A stretch of DNA of 64,000 bases from a bacterium (GCA_021802705.1 JAJZRL010000001.1:20379-84378), one strand, 5' to 3'; positions 27,654-36,728 are shown, counted from the first letter of the stretch. Numbers and translations are program-made. Notes: generated by a model not told the origin, from the letters alone.

Positions 27654-28730
27654 TCACTGGTATTGGATAAAGATAGGCTCGGGAGTAAGCGAGAGGACCT
27701 CGGCGGGAGTGAGCATGCCGGTTGAGGGGGGTTTCAGGTCGTTTTTATAGAAGAGCTTGATGCCGGTAAATTGCACCGGTTCGGGATAGATGACCGAATT
27801 GTATGTTCCCCGCTTCTTCGCTTTCGAACCCCAACCATCCATATCCATGACTATCTCGACTTCCGGCAGCGGCTGTATCTTCTTGTAGCGAGTGACCATC
27901 GCTTCCGTAAAACGATGCACGATGAGGATCTTGGGCGGCAAGTGGTATTCGCGGACAAGCCCGGCAAGGTATTGCGCGGCGTAATTTATGTCGGATGCGT
28001 CGAACGTGCCGATAACCGTACCCGGCGGGTTCCCGTATTTCATGGAAAACTCCGGGTCGATAGCAAGCTCGACCTGCGGCAGCTTGAGATAAGGTTCAAG
28101 GAGCGGAAGCTCTTCTTGCAAAGTGCTGAGCCCGACCTGTACGTCGAGGATCGTGAGCCCGTGCACCTGATCGGCAAGCTGGATCGTCTTCTCGATCTGG
28201 TCATCAGGCATTCTTAACCGATATTTCCCGTCCTTGCCCGGGCTCCCCTGCGCGACAACCGCGATATACTCGAGCGCCGGCAAGACCGGCGTGGAAGGAT
28301 CCGCCACTTCCCAGCTTTTTACTTCCGCACCAAGCATCGCGAGCATCTGTTCTGGCGGGTATTCGCCCAAGACTCCCATCTGTTTCGAATAGTAATTGCC
28401 GTAATAGGCGACGATGCGCTTAAAAGGCAGGATGGCGCCGGCATCCGGATACACCGTCTTTACCGGCCAGAGCCGCATGGTCGAAGACGCCTCCGGTACG
28501 GTCGTCGAAGCCGTCAGAACCGCAACGGTCGTCGTGCTCTCGTGGGCAAGGGCCAGGAGCCGCGCGTCATATGCGGCCTTGTCGAGCACCGGCAAAGGGA
28601 TGAAACGCTCCGGCGTATCCGATGCCGTCGAACGGTATTCCGTCGCGAAAAGGTTCGTGTAGCTGAAAACGTAGGCGAATGCGAATACTGCGATCCCTAC
28701 GCCTGCCCCACGCAATAGTGCCGTCACCAT
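27654..28730 (-). CDS. Hypothetical exported protein (358 aa from internal Met); possible TIM-barrel glycoside-hydrolase-like fold
   Basis: N-terminal TM/signal (MVTALLRGAGVGIAVFAFAYVF). No firm family match by eye. The track ORF start at 28898 is probably too long. Confidence 0.4.
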   Translation of the reverse strand: MVTALLRGAGVGIAVFAFAYVFSYTNLFATEYRSTASDTPERFIPLPVLDKAAYDARLLALAHESTTTVAVLTASTTVPEASSTMRLWPVKTVYPDAGAILPFKRIVAYYGNYYSKQMGVLGEYPPEQMLAMLGAEVKSWEVADPSTPVLPALEYIAVVAQGSPGKDGKYRLRMPDDQIEKTIQLADQVHGLTILDVQVGLSTLQEELPLLEPYLKLPQVELAIDPEFSMKYGNPPGTVIGTFDASDINYAAQYLAGLVREYHLPPKILIVHRFTEAMVTRYKKIQPLPEVEIVMDMDGWGSKAKKRGTYNSVIYPEPVQFTGIKLFYKNDLKPPSTGMLTPAEVLSLTPEPIFIQYQ

Positions 28731-28912
28731 GGTTAAAATTAATAATAAATATTGAGTATATTCTAGCCGACGCGTAAGGAAAACGCTAAAAAATCGACAA
28801 GGGAGCACATGCGTGCTATTCTCGCATCTGGATGTTCCTTGTAGCGTCTGAGGATCATCGTACCTGCCCGAAAGGGTCTCTCTACCACGTTCAAGCAAAA
28901 GGAAGAAGAAGT

Positions 28913-29083
28913 ATGGAAAAGAGGAATTCGCCCGAAAAGAATGAAAATGTCATCGGGGAAAAAGAAAAGGTCTTAGTCATCGACGATAGGATCGGCTTCA
29001 ACGGGAAACCGCGAAAACCGCTCTGTCCGGAAATGCTCAGAGAGTTTGAGAAGATGCTCGCCTGTAAAGATATCCAGACGTGA
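28913..29083 (+). CDS. Small hypothetical protein (56 aa) in AT-rich intergenic island
   Basis: AGGAAG SD 6-8 nt before ATG 28913. Followed by a hairpin terminator. Shorter than the track ORF 28832..29083. Confidence 0.3.
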   Translation: MEKRNSPEKNENVIGEKEKVLVIDDRIGFNGKPRKPLCPEMLREFEKMLACKDIQT

Positions 29084-29095
29084 CGTTATAAACGA

Positions 29096-29124
29096 ATCTC
29101 CGCAGATTGCGGGGATTTTTCTTT
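29096..29124 (+). terminator. Rho-independent terminator
   Basis: TCCGCAGATTGCGGGGA hairpin followed by TTTTTCTTT. Confidence 0.45.
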
Positions 29125-29251
29125 GCCTCGATGCAACCGATGCCTTTTAGTTTGAAACAAACGTTTGCTCCGGGTAGTATTAAAAAAGAGAGGTGTCGTC
29201 TCTATGGCGGCTGATGATTTGTTCTTTAACTTTCTTTAAAGGAGAGACCTG

Positions 29252-29764
29252 ATGAAGAAACCTGTACCCGTCTTTTGTTTGACTCTAGCTTTGTTTTTGT
29301 CCCCCGGTCCCGCATGGAGTCAGACAAAAAGCGAGAAAGGAAATGCTTCCTGGCTGAAGGGCGTGCGAGCTTCGGCAACGCGCGTCGTTGCGCGATATAG
29401 CGCCACTATCACGGCTTTCGCAAAACGCTATGACATCCCGAGCGAGTGGCTTGGCGGTATCATGCTTGTCGAAAGCTCGGGGGATGCCCGCGTACCAGGC
29501 GGGCTCATGCAAGCCGGAGAAAGCGCCAAGCGCGCCACAGGGATATGGTGCGACACGCGCGATCCCCGCTGCTCGATCGAGATTTCGGCAGCGTACCTGA
29601 GAGAACTCAGAAAGATGTACGGTAACAACTGGCCGCGGATCGTGCTCGCCTACAACAGAGGGCCGGGCGGCGTGCGGAAAGTCAGAGATCCGTATCGACA
29701 CCAGTATCTCAGCCGGTTTACGTATGCGCTTGTCGTGTATAACGATGCATGCGCGCACAGGTAG
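29252..29764 (+). CDS. Secreted lytic transglycosylase (SLT family 1 domain)
   Basis: Signal peptide MKKPVPVFCLTLALFLSPGPAWS. ES...GLMQ...AYNRG catalytic motifs. AGGAGAG SD. Confidence 0.75.
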   Translation: MKKPVPVFCLTLALFLSPGPAWSQTKSEKGNASWLKGVRASATRVVARYSATITAFAKRYDIPSEWLGGIMLVESSGDARVPGGLMQAGESAKRATGIWCDTRDPRCSIEISAAYLRELRKMYGNNWPRIVLAYNRGPGGVRKVRDPYRHQYLSRFTYALVVYNDACAHR

Positions 29765-29778
29765 GAAACCGAGGTTCT

Positions 29779-29806
29779 GCCCCCGCATTCCATGCGGGGG
29801 TTTTTC
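29779..29806 (+). terminator. Rho-independent terminator
   Basis: GCCCCCGCAT-TCC-ATGCGGGGG stem followed by TTTTT. Confidence 0.55.
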
Positions 29807-29820
29807 TATACTAAACCCGA

Positions 29821-31047
29821 TCAGTGCCCCGCCATCGGCTGTTCGACCCCGTTAAAGATAGCGGGATTAGCCGGTCCTGTTACATGGAGCACGCCCCAGG
29901 CACCGCGGTCGATGCGCGCGAGCGCGTGATCGACGAGGACATAATTGCCCGGTTCAAGCAGCTTGAAGTCGACGACGGTCGCGCCGCCGGCAGGAACGAG
30001 CGTCGTCTGCACATCGGTCAAAGGCGGACTTGTGAGCGAGCCCTCTTCGTACACATGGTCGAATATCTCGCCGATGACATGGAAGCTCGAGATGAGGTTT
30101 ACCCCGCCATTCCCGAAAAAGATGCGCACCGTCTGCCCCGCTTTCGCCTGCATCGTACTTGTTCCGGTGAGCGCTCCCGTGCGGCCATTGAAAACGATGT
30201 ACTGCGGCGTTCCGGCGAGAAAAGCGTCGGAATCGAATATCTGGAGACCCTGCTGGCCGAGGAGGCCGGTCGTGTAGAACTCGCCCTGCATGACATAGAA
30301 CTCCTTATCGACTTTCGGCAGGCCGCCCTTCGGCTCGACGAGGATGAGGCCGTACTGCCCGTGAGCCATGTGCACCGCCGGATCCGGATTCGCGCAGTGA
30401 TAGACGAAAAGCCCGGGGTGAAGCGCGGTGAAGGTGAGAGTTTTCGTTTCGCCCGGTTTTGCGGAGAGCACGCCGGCCCCGCCGCCCGGGCCGATGACGG
30501 CATGGAAATCGATCGTGTGCGAGTGCAGGCTCGTCGCGTCGTTATGGAATGTCACGACGACCGTATCGCCCTGCATCACTCGCAGGAACGGCCCGGGCAC
30601 GGTACCGTCGAATGTCCAGTAATTCTGGTACACACCGGGCGCAATCTCGCCGATGACCTCCTTCGCGGTGATGCTCACGTGGTCGGTCGTGGTCGCCGTA
30701 CGCGTTATGGGCGGCGGAATGTCATTCGGGTTGCGAGCGATGTCCTTCACCTGTTCGAACTGACCGAAATGCCGGAAGAAGGCGATGATGTTTCCAAACG
30801 GAAGCCCGGGGCTTCCGGCAGGGCCGTAACTGGTGATGAACGAGGTCGAACCGAAACCGCGCGGAAGGCCGTTTGGAACGTAGAAGAAAATAAAGATACC
30901 GATGAAGACCGCGCACAAGAGAAGCGTAATCCGGAGAGAATGGAATCGACGGAGAATGATGAAAAGCAGGGCCGCAGCCGCGCTAAACGCGATTACGAGA
31001 CCGAGCGTCCGAATAAAGACGTACGAGAGGAGAGAAAGAAGGACCAT
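29821..31047 (-). CDS. nirK: Copper-containing nitrite reductase (NirK-type two-domain multicopper protein) with about 100-aa N-terminal membrane anchor
   Basis: Type-1/type-2 Cu ligand motifs HNDATSLHSHTIDFHA and VYHCANPDPAVHMAHGQYG. Three N-terminal TM helices. Confidence 0.75.
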   Translation of the reverse strand: MVLLSLLSYVFIRTLGLVIAFSAAAALLFIILRRFHSLRITLLLCAVFIGIFIFFYVPNGLPRGFGSTSFITSYGPAGSPGLPFGNIIAFFRHFGQFEQVKDIARNPNDIPPPITRTATTTDHVSITAKEVIGEIAPGVYQNYWTFDGTVPGPFLRVMQGDTVVVTFHNDATSLHSHTIDFHAVIGPGGGAGVLSAKPGETKTLTFTALHPGLFVYHCANPDPAVHMAHGQYGLILVEPKGGLPKVDKEFYVMQGEFYTTGLLGQQGLQIFDSDAFLAGTPQYIVFNGRTGALTGTSTMQAKAGQTVRIFFGNGGVNLISSFHVIGEIFDHVYEEGSLTSPPLTDVQTTLVPAGGATVVDFKLLEPGNYVLVDHALARIDRGAWGVLHVTGPANPAIFNGVEQPMAGH

Positions 31048-31227
31048 TCTTTTAGTATAGAGTGGATATCAGGTATCGCCGCGCCACGGATGGGATAACT
31101 TCGCCATAAGTTCCTCGGAACCTTCCGGGGCGGGATAGATGCTCGTGGGTTTCTGCGTCCTAGACCCGTCGTTGCTTTACTCTTCAGAAAAGCGTTGTTT
31201 TGACGTGTCTCGGGCGCTAGCACGAGT

Positions 31228-31301
31228 TGGCTGGGGGACTAGGAGTCGAACCTAGATTGAGGGCTTCAAAGGCCCCTGTCCTACCATTAGACGATCCCCC
31301 A
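31228..31301 (-). tRNA. tRNA-Gln (anticodon TTG), CCA encoded
   Basis: U1:A72 acceptor typical of bacterial tRNA-Gln. Loop CTTTGAA. GGTTCGACTCC T-arm. Confidence 0.8.
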
Positions 31302-31324
31302 ATACGTTACGCAACAACACTGTA

Positions 31325-32437
31325 TCACTTGTCTGAAAAGAGTTCGAGAACGGCGAGCTCCAAAGGAAGGGCCGGTATCGGCGCATAGCGAACGTGTTCC
31401 GTGGCGGCGAGGAAGGCAAGAAGCGTCCGGTGGGTGATTCCCTGCTCTTTTTTCGCCTCGACTTCGAGCACGGCAAAATCATCGGTGCCGAGTTCGTCCT
31501 TAAGCGCGGCATGGAGTTCCGGCGCATAGCGAATAAGGAGCGTTGCGCGGAGCGTCTCGATGACAAGCTCAAGGAAGAGCCTCATGTCGACATCGGCGTG
31601 GGATGCCCGTTCGATAATCGCGAGTGCCGCACCCCGATCACCTTCGGAGAGCGCCGCGACAAAAGAGAGCACTTGTTCCCTCTTCGGCGCGCCCGTAAGC
31701 GATTCGACGTCTTCTCGAGAAAGGGCCGCTGGGTTATCTTTCGACACTCCGGACGCCGCGCTTGCTTCTTCAAGCGGGCGGAGCACTTTCTGCAAGACAG
31801 AGAGAGCGTCGCGATACGAGCCTTCCGCGAGAAGTGCGATGAGCTCCGCGGCGTCGCTTGTGAGCGCGTATCCCTCTTTCTTCGCGACAACGGTTACGGT
31901 CTTCGCGAGCACCTGACGCGACGGCTTCCTGAACTCAAACACCTGGCAGCGCGACTGCACTGTCTTTGGGACTTTCTCAAGCTCGGTCGTCGCAAGGATG
32001 AAGACGGCGTATGCGGGAGGCTCTTCGAGCGTCTTTAGAAACGCGTTCCATGCGCTTTTCGAGAGCATGTGCGCCTCGTCGAGAATATATACCTTGTATG
32101 GCGACTCGAACGGCAGCGTATAGACGCCTTCGGTAAGCGAACGGATATCCTCGACGCTGTTGTTGCTCGCCGCGTCGATCTCATAGAGGTCATTCGGGGT
32201 GCAGCCGATCGCCTGAGCGAAGATGCGCGCCACCGACGTCTTTCCAAGGCCTCGCGAACCTGCGAAAAGGTACGCGTGTCCGATGCGTTTCGTCTTCACT
32301 GCATCCTCAAGCGGCGCCGTCACGTGTTCTTGGCCGATGACATCCGAAAACGAAGCGGGGCGATACGCGCGATACAGGGATTGATGCGCCATAGATAGCG
32401 GCACTATAGCACGGGCATGAAAAGAAGGCGGCCGCAT
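31325..32437 (-). CDS. dnaX: DNA polymerase III subunit gamma/tau (short)
   Basis: GHAYLFAGSRGLGKTSVARIFAQAIGC Walker A. DEAH. SRC motif. Confidence 0.85.
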   Translation of the reverse strand: MRPPSFHARAIVPLSMAHQSLYRAYRPASFSDVIGQEHVTAPLEDAVKTKRIGHAYLFAGSRGLGKTSVARIFAQAIGCTPNDLYEIDAASNNSVEDIRSLTEGVYTLPFESPYKVYILDEAHMLSKSAWNAFLKTLEEPPAYAVFILATTELEKVPKTVQSRCQVFEFRKPSRQVLAKTVTVVAKKEGYALTSDAAELIALLAEGSYRDALSVLQKVLRPLEEASAASGVSKDNPAALSREDVESLTGAPKREQVLSFVAALSEGDRGAALAIIERASHADVDMRLFLELVIETLRATLLIRYAPELHAALKDELGTDDFAVLEVEAKKEQGITHRTLLAFLAATEHVRYAPIPALPLELAVLELFSDK

Positions 32438-32462
32438 CGAGGACGAAGCGGCCGCTTACATT

Positions 32463-33092
32463 TTAAGACAGGAGCGCAAACATGAAGGTTTGCGTGCCTT
32501 CGCACCATTTGAATCCGCACCTTACCGATTCCTTATCATAGACGATGTGCATCCTCTGCGCCCGCGCGATACTCTCCTTGCGAGAGAGCGCACAGCCGAC
32601 TTCCGGATTCCCGAGCGGATAATAATCCGATTGTCGGGCGGGAAGCACATGGACCGTCTCGATCCCCAGTATGCGGCCGAATGAGATAGCGACGCGATAC
32701 AGGAGCCTCTCCCAATGGAGCGGGCGAAGATGTTCCTTTCTCCCCCGCACGCCTTGCACCTGCCGGACGACGAGACGGTTCGACCTGATCTCGAAGCCGA
32801 TAGCGGCGATCGGGATGACCGCTGACCCTTCCCGTGCGCAGAGCACGAACCCGAAGCTGGTTTCCCAGTAGATCTCCGGATGCGGCATGCGCCGGCCAGA
32901 GTTTCTTGCGGCCGAAAAATCAAGCAGGTATCGGCTTGCGTTATGACGATGCGTTTGCGACTTCTTTATGTGTTCTTCGATGAGCGCGTGAAAACCGTCA
33001 GGCGCGCTTCGGGACAGGAAGTCGCGGATTCCCTGTGCCCGCGCGGCAAAACGACGTTCAAAGAAGTTCTGCAGAAGGGCGATAGGATTCAC
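32463..33092 (-). CDS. Hypothetical protein (209 aa), possibly divergent GNAT-like fold
   Basis: GTG start with GGGAG SD. Own TTGACA-like promoter element upstream. VRQVQGVRGRKE resembles a GNAT motif-A Q/RxxGxG/A, but weakly. Confidence 0.35.
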   Translation of the reverse strand: MNPIALLQNFFERRFAARAQGIRDFLSRSAPDGFHALIEEHIKKSQTHRHNASRYLLDFSAARNSGRRMPHPEIYWETSFGFVLCAREGSAVIPIAAIGFEIRSNRLVVRQVQGVRGRKEHLRPLHWERLLYRVAISFGRILGIETVHVLPARQSDYYPLGNPEVGCALSRKESIARAQRMHIVYDKESVRCGFKWCEGTQTFMFALLS

Positions 33093-33242
33093 AGGATTCT
33101 CCCAGAGTTTTTCCGAAGCTAGTGTGCTACAAACGAATTTTTTGTCAACATGCCCTCAAGGGCTCGTTTCGTTCTCTCCAGACGCTTCAGTCTGTATTCG
33201 ACGGTCCGGCACACAGGTTCTTGGACGAAAGTTTCCAATTCT

Positions 33243-33809
33243 TCATGAGGTTGATTGCCTGTTCATGATTCCATAGTGCTTCACGTTTATTCGAACCCCT
33301 TTCTTTACCCGGGCGGATACGAAAAGCCCATCCTGGGTGAAACCGACACCCTCGAGCACTTTGGCGATGCCGATGTTGCCCGCCTCTGCCTCAGCGCTCA
33401 CACGCATGAGGCCAAGGGTATCGAAGGCGTAGTCGACAATTGCGCGCACGACCTCGGTCGCCGCACCTTTGCCCCACCAGGTCTTGTCGCCGATGACGAT
33501 GCCTATCTCCGCAATCTTGTGATACTCGTTTATGTCGGTGAGCGCCACCGTGCCGATGGTCTCACCAGTTTTCGTTTCGATCGACCAGTAGCGGCCTTCT
33601 TCATCGGCTTCGCATTCTTTAATGTATGCGTACTGTCCGGCGATATCCTGCGACTCGTTCATCGGCTCGGGCATGTGCTCCTGCACCGCTTCGTCCACGT
33701 CCCACTTCTGCCAGAGCTCCGCGTCCGACTCTTTGAAGGGACGGATGAGATAATGCTCGGTCTCAAGGATCGGCGATTTCATGAGGTGAGTATAGCAAAC
33801 ATCGGTCAC
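33243..33809 (-). CDS. GNAT family N-acetyltransferase, RimJ/RimL-like
   Basis: YLIRPFKESDAELW...IGIVIGDKTWWGKGAATEVVRAIVDYAF...GFTQDG pattern of RimL/RimJ-type GNATs. Confidence 0.75.
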   Translation of the reverse strand: MTDVCYTHLMKSPILETEHYLIRPFKESDAELWQKWDVDEAVQEHMPEPMNESQDIAGQYAYIKECEADEEGRYWSIETKTGETIGTVALTDINEYHKIAEIGIVIGDKTWWGKGAATEVVRAIVDYAFDTLGLMRVSAEAEAGNIGIAKVLEGVGFTQDGLFVSARVKKGVRINVKHYGIMNRQSTS

Positions 33810-33830
33810 GCTGATGTTAGAGTACCGTCA

Positions 33831-33947
33831 TGAAGATAAGACCGGTAAAACAGAAAGACGATACGGCCTGCGGCCCGACTTCCATTCTTATGGCCAGCCG
33901 TTATTTGGGTACGAAACTCATCTTCGAAGAGATGAGGACAGTATAAC
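33831..33947 (+). pseudogene. Remnant of a C39 bacteriocin-processing peptidase domain (N-terminal 38 codons then stop)
   Basis: Own translation MKIRPVKQKDDTACGPTSILMASRYLGTKLIFEEMRTV*. Q-x5-6-CGP(A/T)...LM is the catalytic Cys motif of C39 peptidase/ABC exporter N-termini. Different frame from track ORF 33814..34068. Confidence 0.4.
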
Positions 33948-34077
33948 GCTCTCAGAGCCAGAGACAGGCAGGCTGGTCACCTTAGAAAAGATGAAGTTCA
34001 TATGGCTTTGGATGAGTTACGACGATATGTGGTATCCGGAGAAGGATACCGATATCAAACTGCGATAGATGTGTGTA

Positions 34078-34121
34078 CTGAAAAAGAAAAAGCTCAAGTA
34101 GGCGTTAACCTTCTTGAGCTT
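34078..34121 (-). terminator. Rho-independent terminator ending the modification-enzyme operon
   Basis: Minus-strand AAGCTCAAG-N14-CTTGAGCTT hairpin followed by TTTCTTTTTC. Confidence 0.5.
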
Positions 34122-34134
34122 CAGAGCGACAATA

Positions 34135-35376
34135 CTAGCCGTGGATGTATGCTAGCAAAGCCATGAGAACATGGAACACCAGACTGCTGGTTATGTCTCG
34201 ATGATCCTGGTCTGGGCACAATTCCACAATGTCAATACCGATTACCTCATTGTGTAGGCACACAGCTTCGAAAAGCCGCAACAACTGGCGTGGTTGCATG
34301 CCCATGGGAACGGGAGTGCCGGTTCCCGGCGCGTAGACGGGATCAAGAACGTCTACGTCCAGCGAGATATAGCACTTCTTTCCCACCGGAAGACTTGCGA
34401 CGACCTGTGCCCAGCTGCTCTCGATCTCGGCTTGCATAACGGTCGTGCATCGATTGTTTTCTTCCGGCGTCCCGGGAAAACCCCGTATGCCAAGCTGAAC
34501 GATCGTATGCGTTTGGCATGTATGCAACATCCGCCGCATCACGTTGCCATGGTGGTGAGTGGTCCCAGGAATCCATTCCCCGAGGTCGGTATGGGCATCG
34601 AAATGCACCACAACCGTCTCTCCACCGTGCACACTCGCGCAGCCAGCGATAGCCGGCTCAGAGATGGAATGATCACCACCGACACAAACCGGGATGCCGC
34701 CTCTCTTGCAAATTTCCGCAGTCGCACGCTTTATGCGAGAAAAGAATCGCTCCGGAGATTCTCCAAGGATGTGAGAAACGTTCCCCACGTCCACGAACTG
34801 ACTACCCACAAGCGTCATGCGGCCTAGTTCTGCGTTGAACCAGCCACGATTAGCGCGCGTGAAGATGCCGCGATCATAGGTCAGGAAACGACCCGAGATT
34901 TCCCGGAGCTTGTTCGGTCCTAGTTTCGCGCCTGATTTGCCGGTAGTACCGAAGTCCACTCCGGCCCCACAGAACACGAACGCGCCAGGAACCACCTCTT
35001 CCAACTTACCCGAAGGGCAGCAAACGAAGGTCAGTGGCTGAACTGCGACCACATCGCTATCCGCCAGTTCCTGAGAACGTGCCAGCAACGAATCCTTCTC
35101 GCCGCTCCAACAGAGGACCGACTGCATAATCAACTCATCGACATATACTGCAATCGATCGTTGATCTGCTTGATCCTCAATCCCGAGCGCGCAGTATAGC
35201 TCGTCCAAGGTGATTGGGGTCTGGCACATCCGTAACAGATATAGCGCTTGTTCGTTTACAGATACTCGTGTGCCAGCAATACTATTGAAGATGACCTGTT
35301 CGCCGATTTTTGCATCGTACGATTCAAGTGCCAAGTGAGCTGAGAGCTCAAACGTGCGTGACGTTCGGTTGTCCAT
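34135..35376 (-). CDS. Arginase/agmatinase (ureohydrolase) family enzyme with N-terminal PqqD-like RiPP-recognition-element (RRE) domain
   Basis: Intact binuclear-Mn motifs GGDHS, DAHTD, SLDVDVLDP and substrate loop FCGAGVDFGTTGKSGAKLGP. N-terminal about 110 aa VNEQALYLLRMCQTPITLDELYCALGI...VYVDELIMQSVL is PqqD/RRE-like. GAGGAG SD before ATG 35376. Confidence 0.65.
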   Translation of the reverse strand: MDNRTSRTFELSAHLALESYDAKIGEQVIFNSIAGTRVSVNEQALYLLRMCQTPITLDELYCALGIEDQADQRSIAVYVDELIMQSVLCWSGEKDSLLARSQELADSDVVAVQPLTFVCCPSGKLEEVVPGAFVFCGAGVDFGTTGKSGAKLGPNKLREISGRFLTYDRGIFTRANRGWFNAELGRMTLVGSQFVDVGNVSHILGESPERFFSRIKRATAEICKRGGIPVCVGGDHSISEPAIAGCASVHGGETVVVHFDAHTDLGEWIPGTTHHHGNVMRRMLHTCQTHTIVQLGIRGFPGTPEENNRCTTVMQAEIESSWAQVVASLPVGKKCYISLDVDVLDPVYAPGTGTPVPMGMQPRQLLRLFEAVCLHNEVIGIDIVELCPDQDHRDITSSLVFHVLMALLAYIHG

Positions 35377-36463
35377 CGGTAATCTCCTCATCTGATTGCG
35401 TGCCGCAGACGGCACAGTCGTGACGTTTGCGGTATGCCCGCAGGTGCAGGCCATAGGTCAGAAAGTCGACTTCCGCTGCCTGGTTAATCAGGGTCGGCGG
35501 AGCGAAACCTGTCATGACCTTGAGCGCTTCTATGACATGGTAGTTCGCGATAATGGCACTGATTGCCCCCAGATTCCCGCCCTTTATTTGGGCGGGAGTG
35601 ACCTGTAGGTGTATATACCCCGCAGAACGTAGTTGATGCTCGAGCGTATGCTCATAACACAACCAGCACCCTGACCGTTTTGGAACGATAGTCGGGCCGA
35701 TAAACCCTAAGTGACCATCGTATCCGCCACACAAGATGTGTGGAATCCCTCTTGGATAACATGCTCTGGAAACGATACGGTTTATCTCGTCCGTCCCGGG
35801 TTCATCAGCACAGCAAATCACAAGATCGGCACCTGTGGCTACCTCCGAGCAAGCTTGAAGAGAATCCACCAGACGATGCACCTGCTCCACCTCAAGCGCC
35901 GGATCGACGAGCCGCAATTTCTGAGCAAGCATCTCTGCCTTAGGCAGGCCGATACAGGCTATGTCGTATAGGCATTGCCTGTTTAGGTTCGCTAACTCGA
36001 CCACATCATTGTCCACTAGCGTCAGCTTCTTTACCCCTGCCAGCACTAGACCGTATGCGACCCAACTGCCGATACCGCCAAGACCGATGATAGCTACGTG
36101 AGAAGCATCTATCGCCTCTTGCATGTCGGGACTTTCGTCGTTTGCAAACCCGGCAAGAAAATTCGCTTGGGTCGCAAAGCGGGTTCCCTCATAGCGATCG
36201 TAGATACGGTCACGTGTACGCAGCAATTTCTGGTCGTACAATAGTGCCGCCAAGCCACTTACGGACGCTTCGCTCACGCCAATCGCCGTTGATATATCGG
36301 CTATCGTGTGAGTTCCGTCGAACATCCGGACGCATCGCAGCGTATGCGCATCAACCTCGAAAGGCATGATCACACTGCTGCTTTCGACCAGGAAGTTGAG
36401 TTCATATCCACCTGCCAACGGCCGATACAGGACGGATATGCCATCTCTAATGGCAGGTTTCAT
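35348..36463 (-). CDS. MccB-like ThiF/E1 adenylyltransferase with N-terminal RRE/peptide-clamp domain
   Basis: E1 nucleotide motif VAIIGLGGIGSWVAYGLVLAGVKKLTLVDNDVVELANLNRQ. Two CxxC pairs (CWLC, CAVC) as in MccB/MoeB Zn site. N-terminal VDAHTLRCVRMFDGTHTIADISTAIGVSEASVSGLAALLYDQKLL is RRE-like. AAAGGAGAG SD. Confidence 0.7.
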   Translation of the reverse strand: MKPAIRDGISVLYRPLAGGYELNFLVESSSVIMPFEVDAHTLRCVRMFDGTHTIADISTAIGVSEASVSGLAALLYDQKLLRTRDRIYDRYEGTRFATQANFLAGFANDESPDMQEAIDASHVAIIGLGGIGSWVAYGLVLAGVKKLTLVDNDVVELANLNRQCLYDIACIGLPKAEMLAQKLRLVDPALEVEQVHRLVDSLQACSEVATGADLVICCADEPGTDEINRIVSRACYPRGIPHILCGGYDGHLGFIGPTIVPKRSGCWLCYEHTLEHQLRSAGYIHLQVTPAQIKGGNLGAISAIIANYHVIEALKVMTGFAPPTLINQAAEVDFLTYGLHLRAYRKRHDCAVCGTQSDEEITDGQPNVTHV

Positions 36464-36530
36464 GAGACTCTCCTTTCAGACGTGAAAGGGGATCGCTCGC
36501 GCAATCCCCCTAGTTGTAACCGACCTGAGA

Positions 36531-36728
36531 TTAGGCGCGGCGGTGACGGAGACCCCGCATGTATGCGTCGTCGGAACGACGCGCCAACGGGGTGATTTTC
36601 AGCTCAGCGACCTTGAACTTGAAGGGTTGCTGATTGGCGCTGGTGCTGGGCTTCTGATTCCCGGCGTTTGCGGTTGCGGTGTGCATATTCATCTCCATGA
36701 TTGACGTCAACGAACGGATAAGAACCAT
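36531..36728 (-). CDS. Candidate precursor peptide (51-65 aa, Arg-rich C-terminus)
   Basis: Only coding frame in the 280-nt gap upstream of the E1 gene: M(VLIRSLTSIMEMN)MHTATANAGNQKPSTSANQQPFKFKVAELKITPLARRSDDAYMRGLRHRRA*. Internal GGAG gives a good SD for the MHTATA start. Confidence 0.35.
   Translation of the reverse strand: MVLIRSLTSIMEMNMHTATANAGNQKPSTSANQQPFKFKVAELKITPLARRSDDAYMRGLRHRRA

Noticed and set aside
29824-31098. 424-aa plus-strand ORF
   Set aside because: Antisense to nirK. The Cu-site motifs are on the minus strand.
33814-34068. Track ORF (84 aa, + strand)
   Set aside because: No SD or domain. The C39-like fragment is in a different frame (33831..33947). This longer ORF is probably noise.
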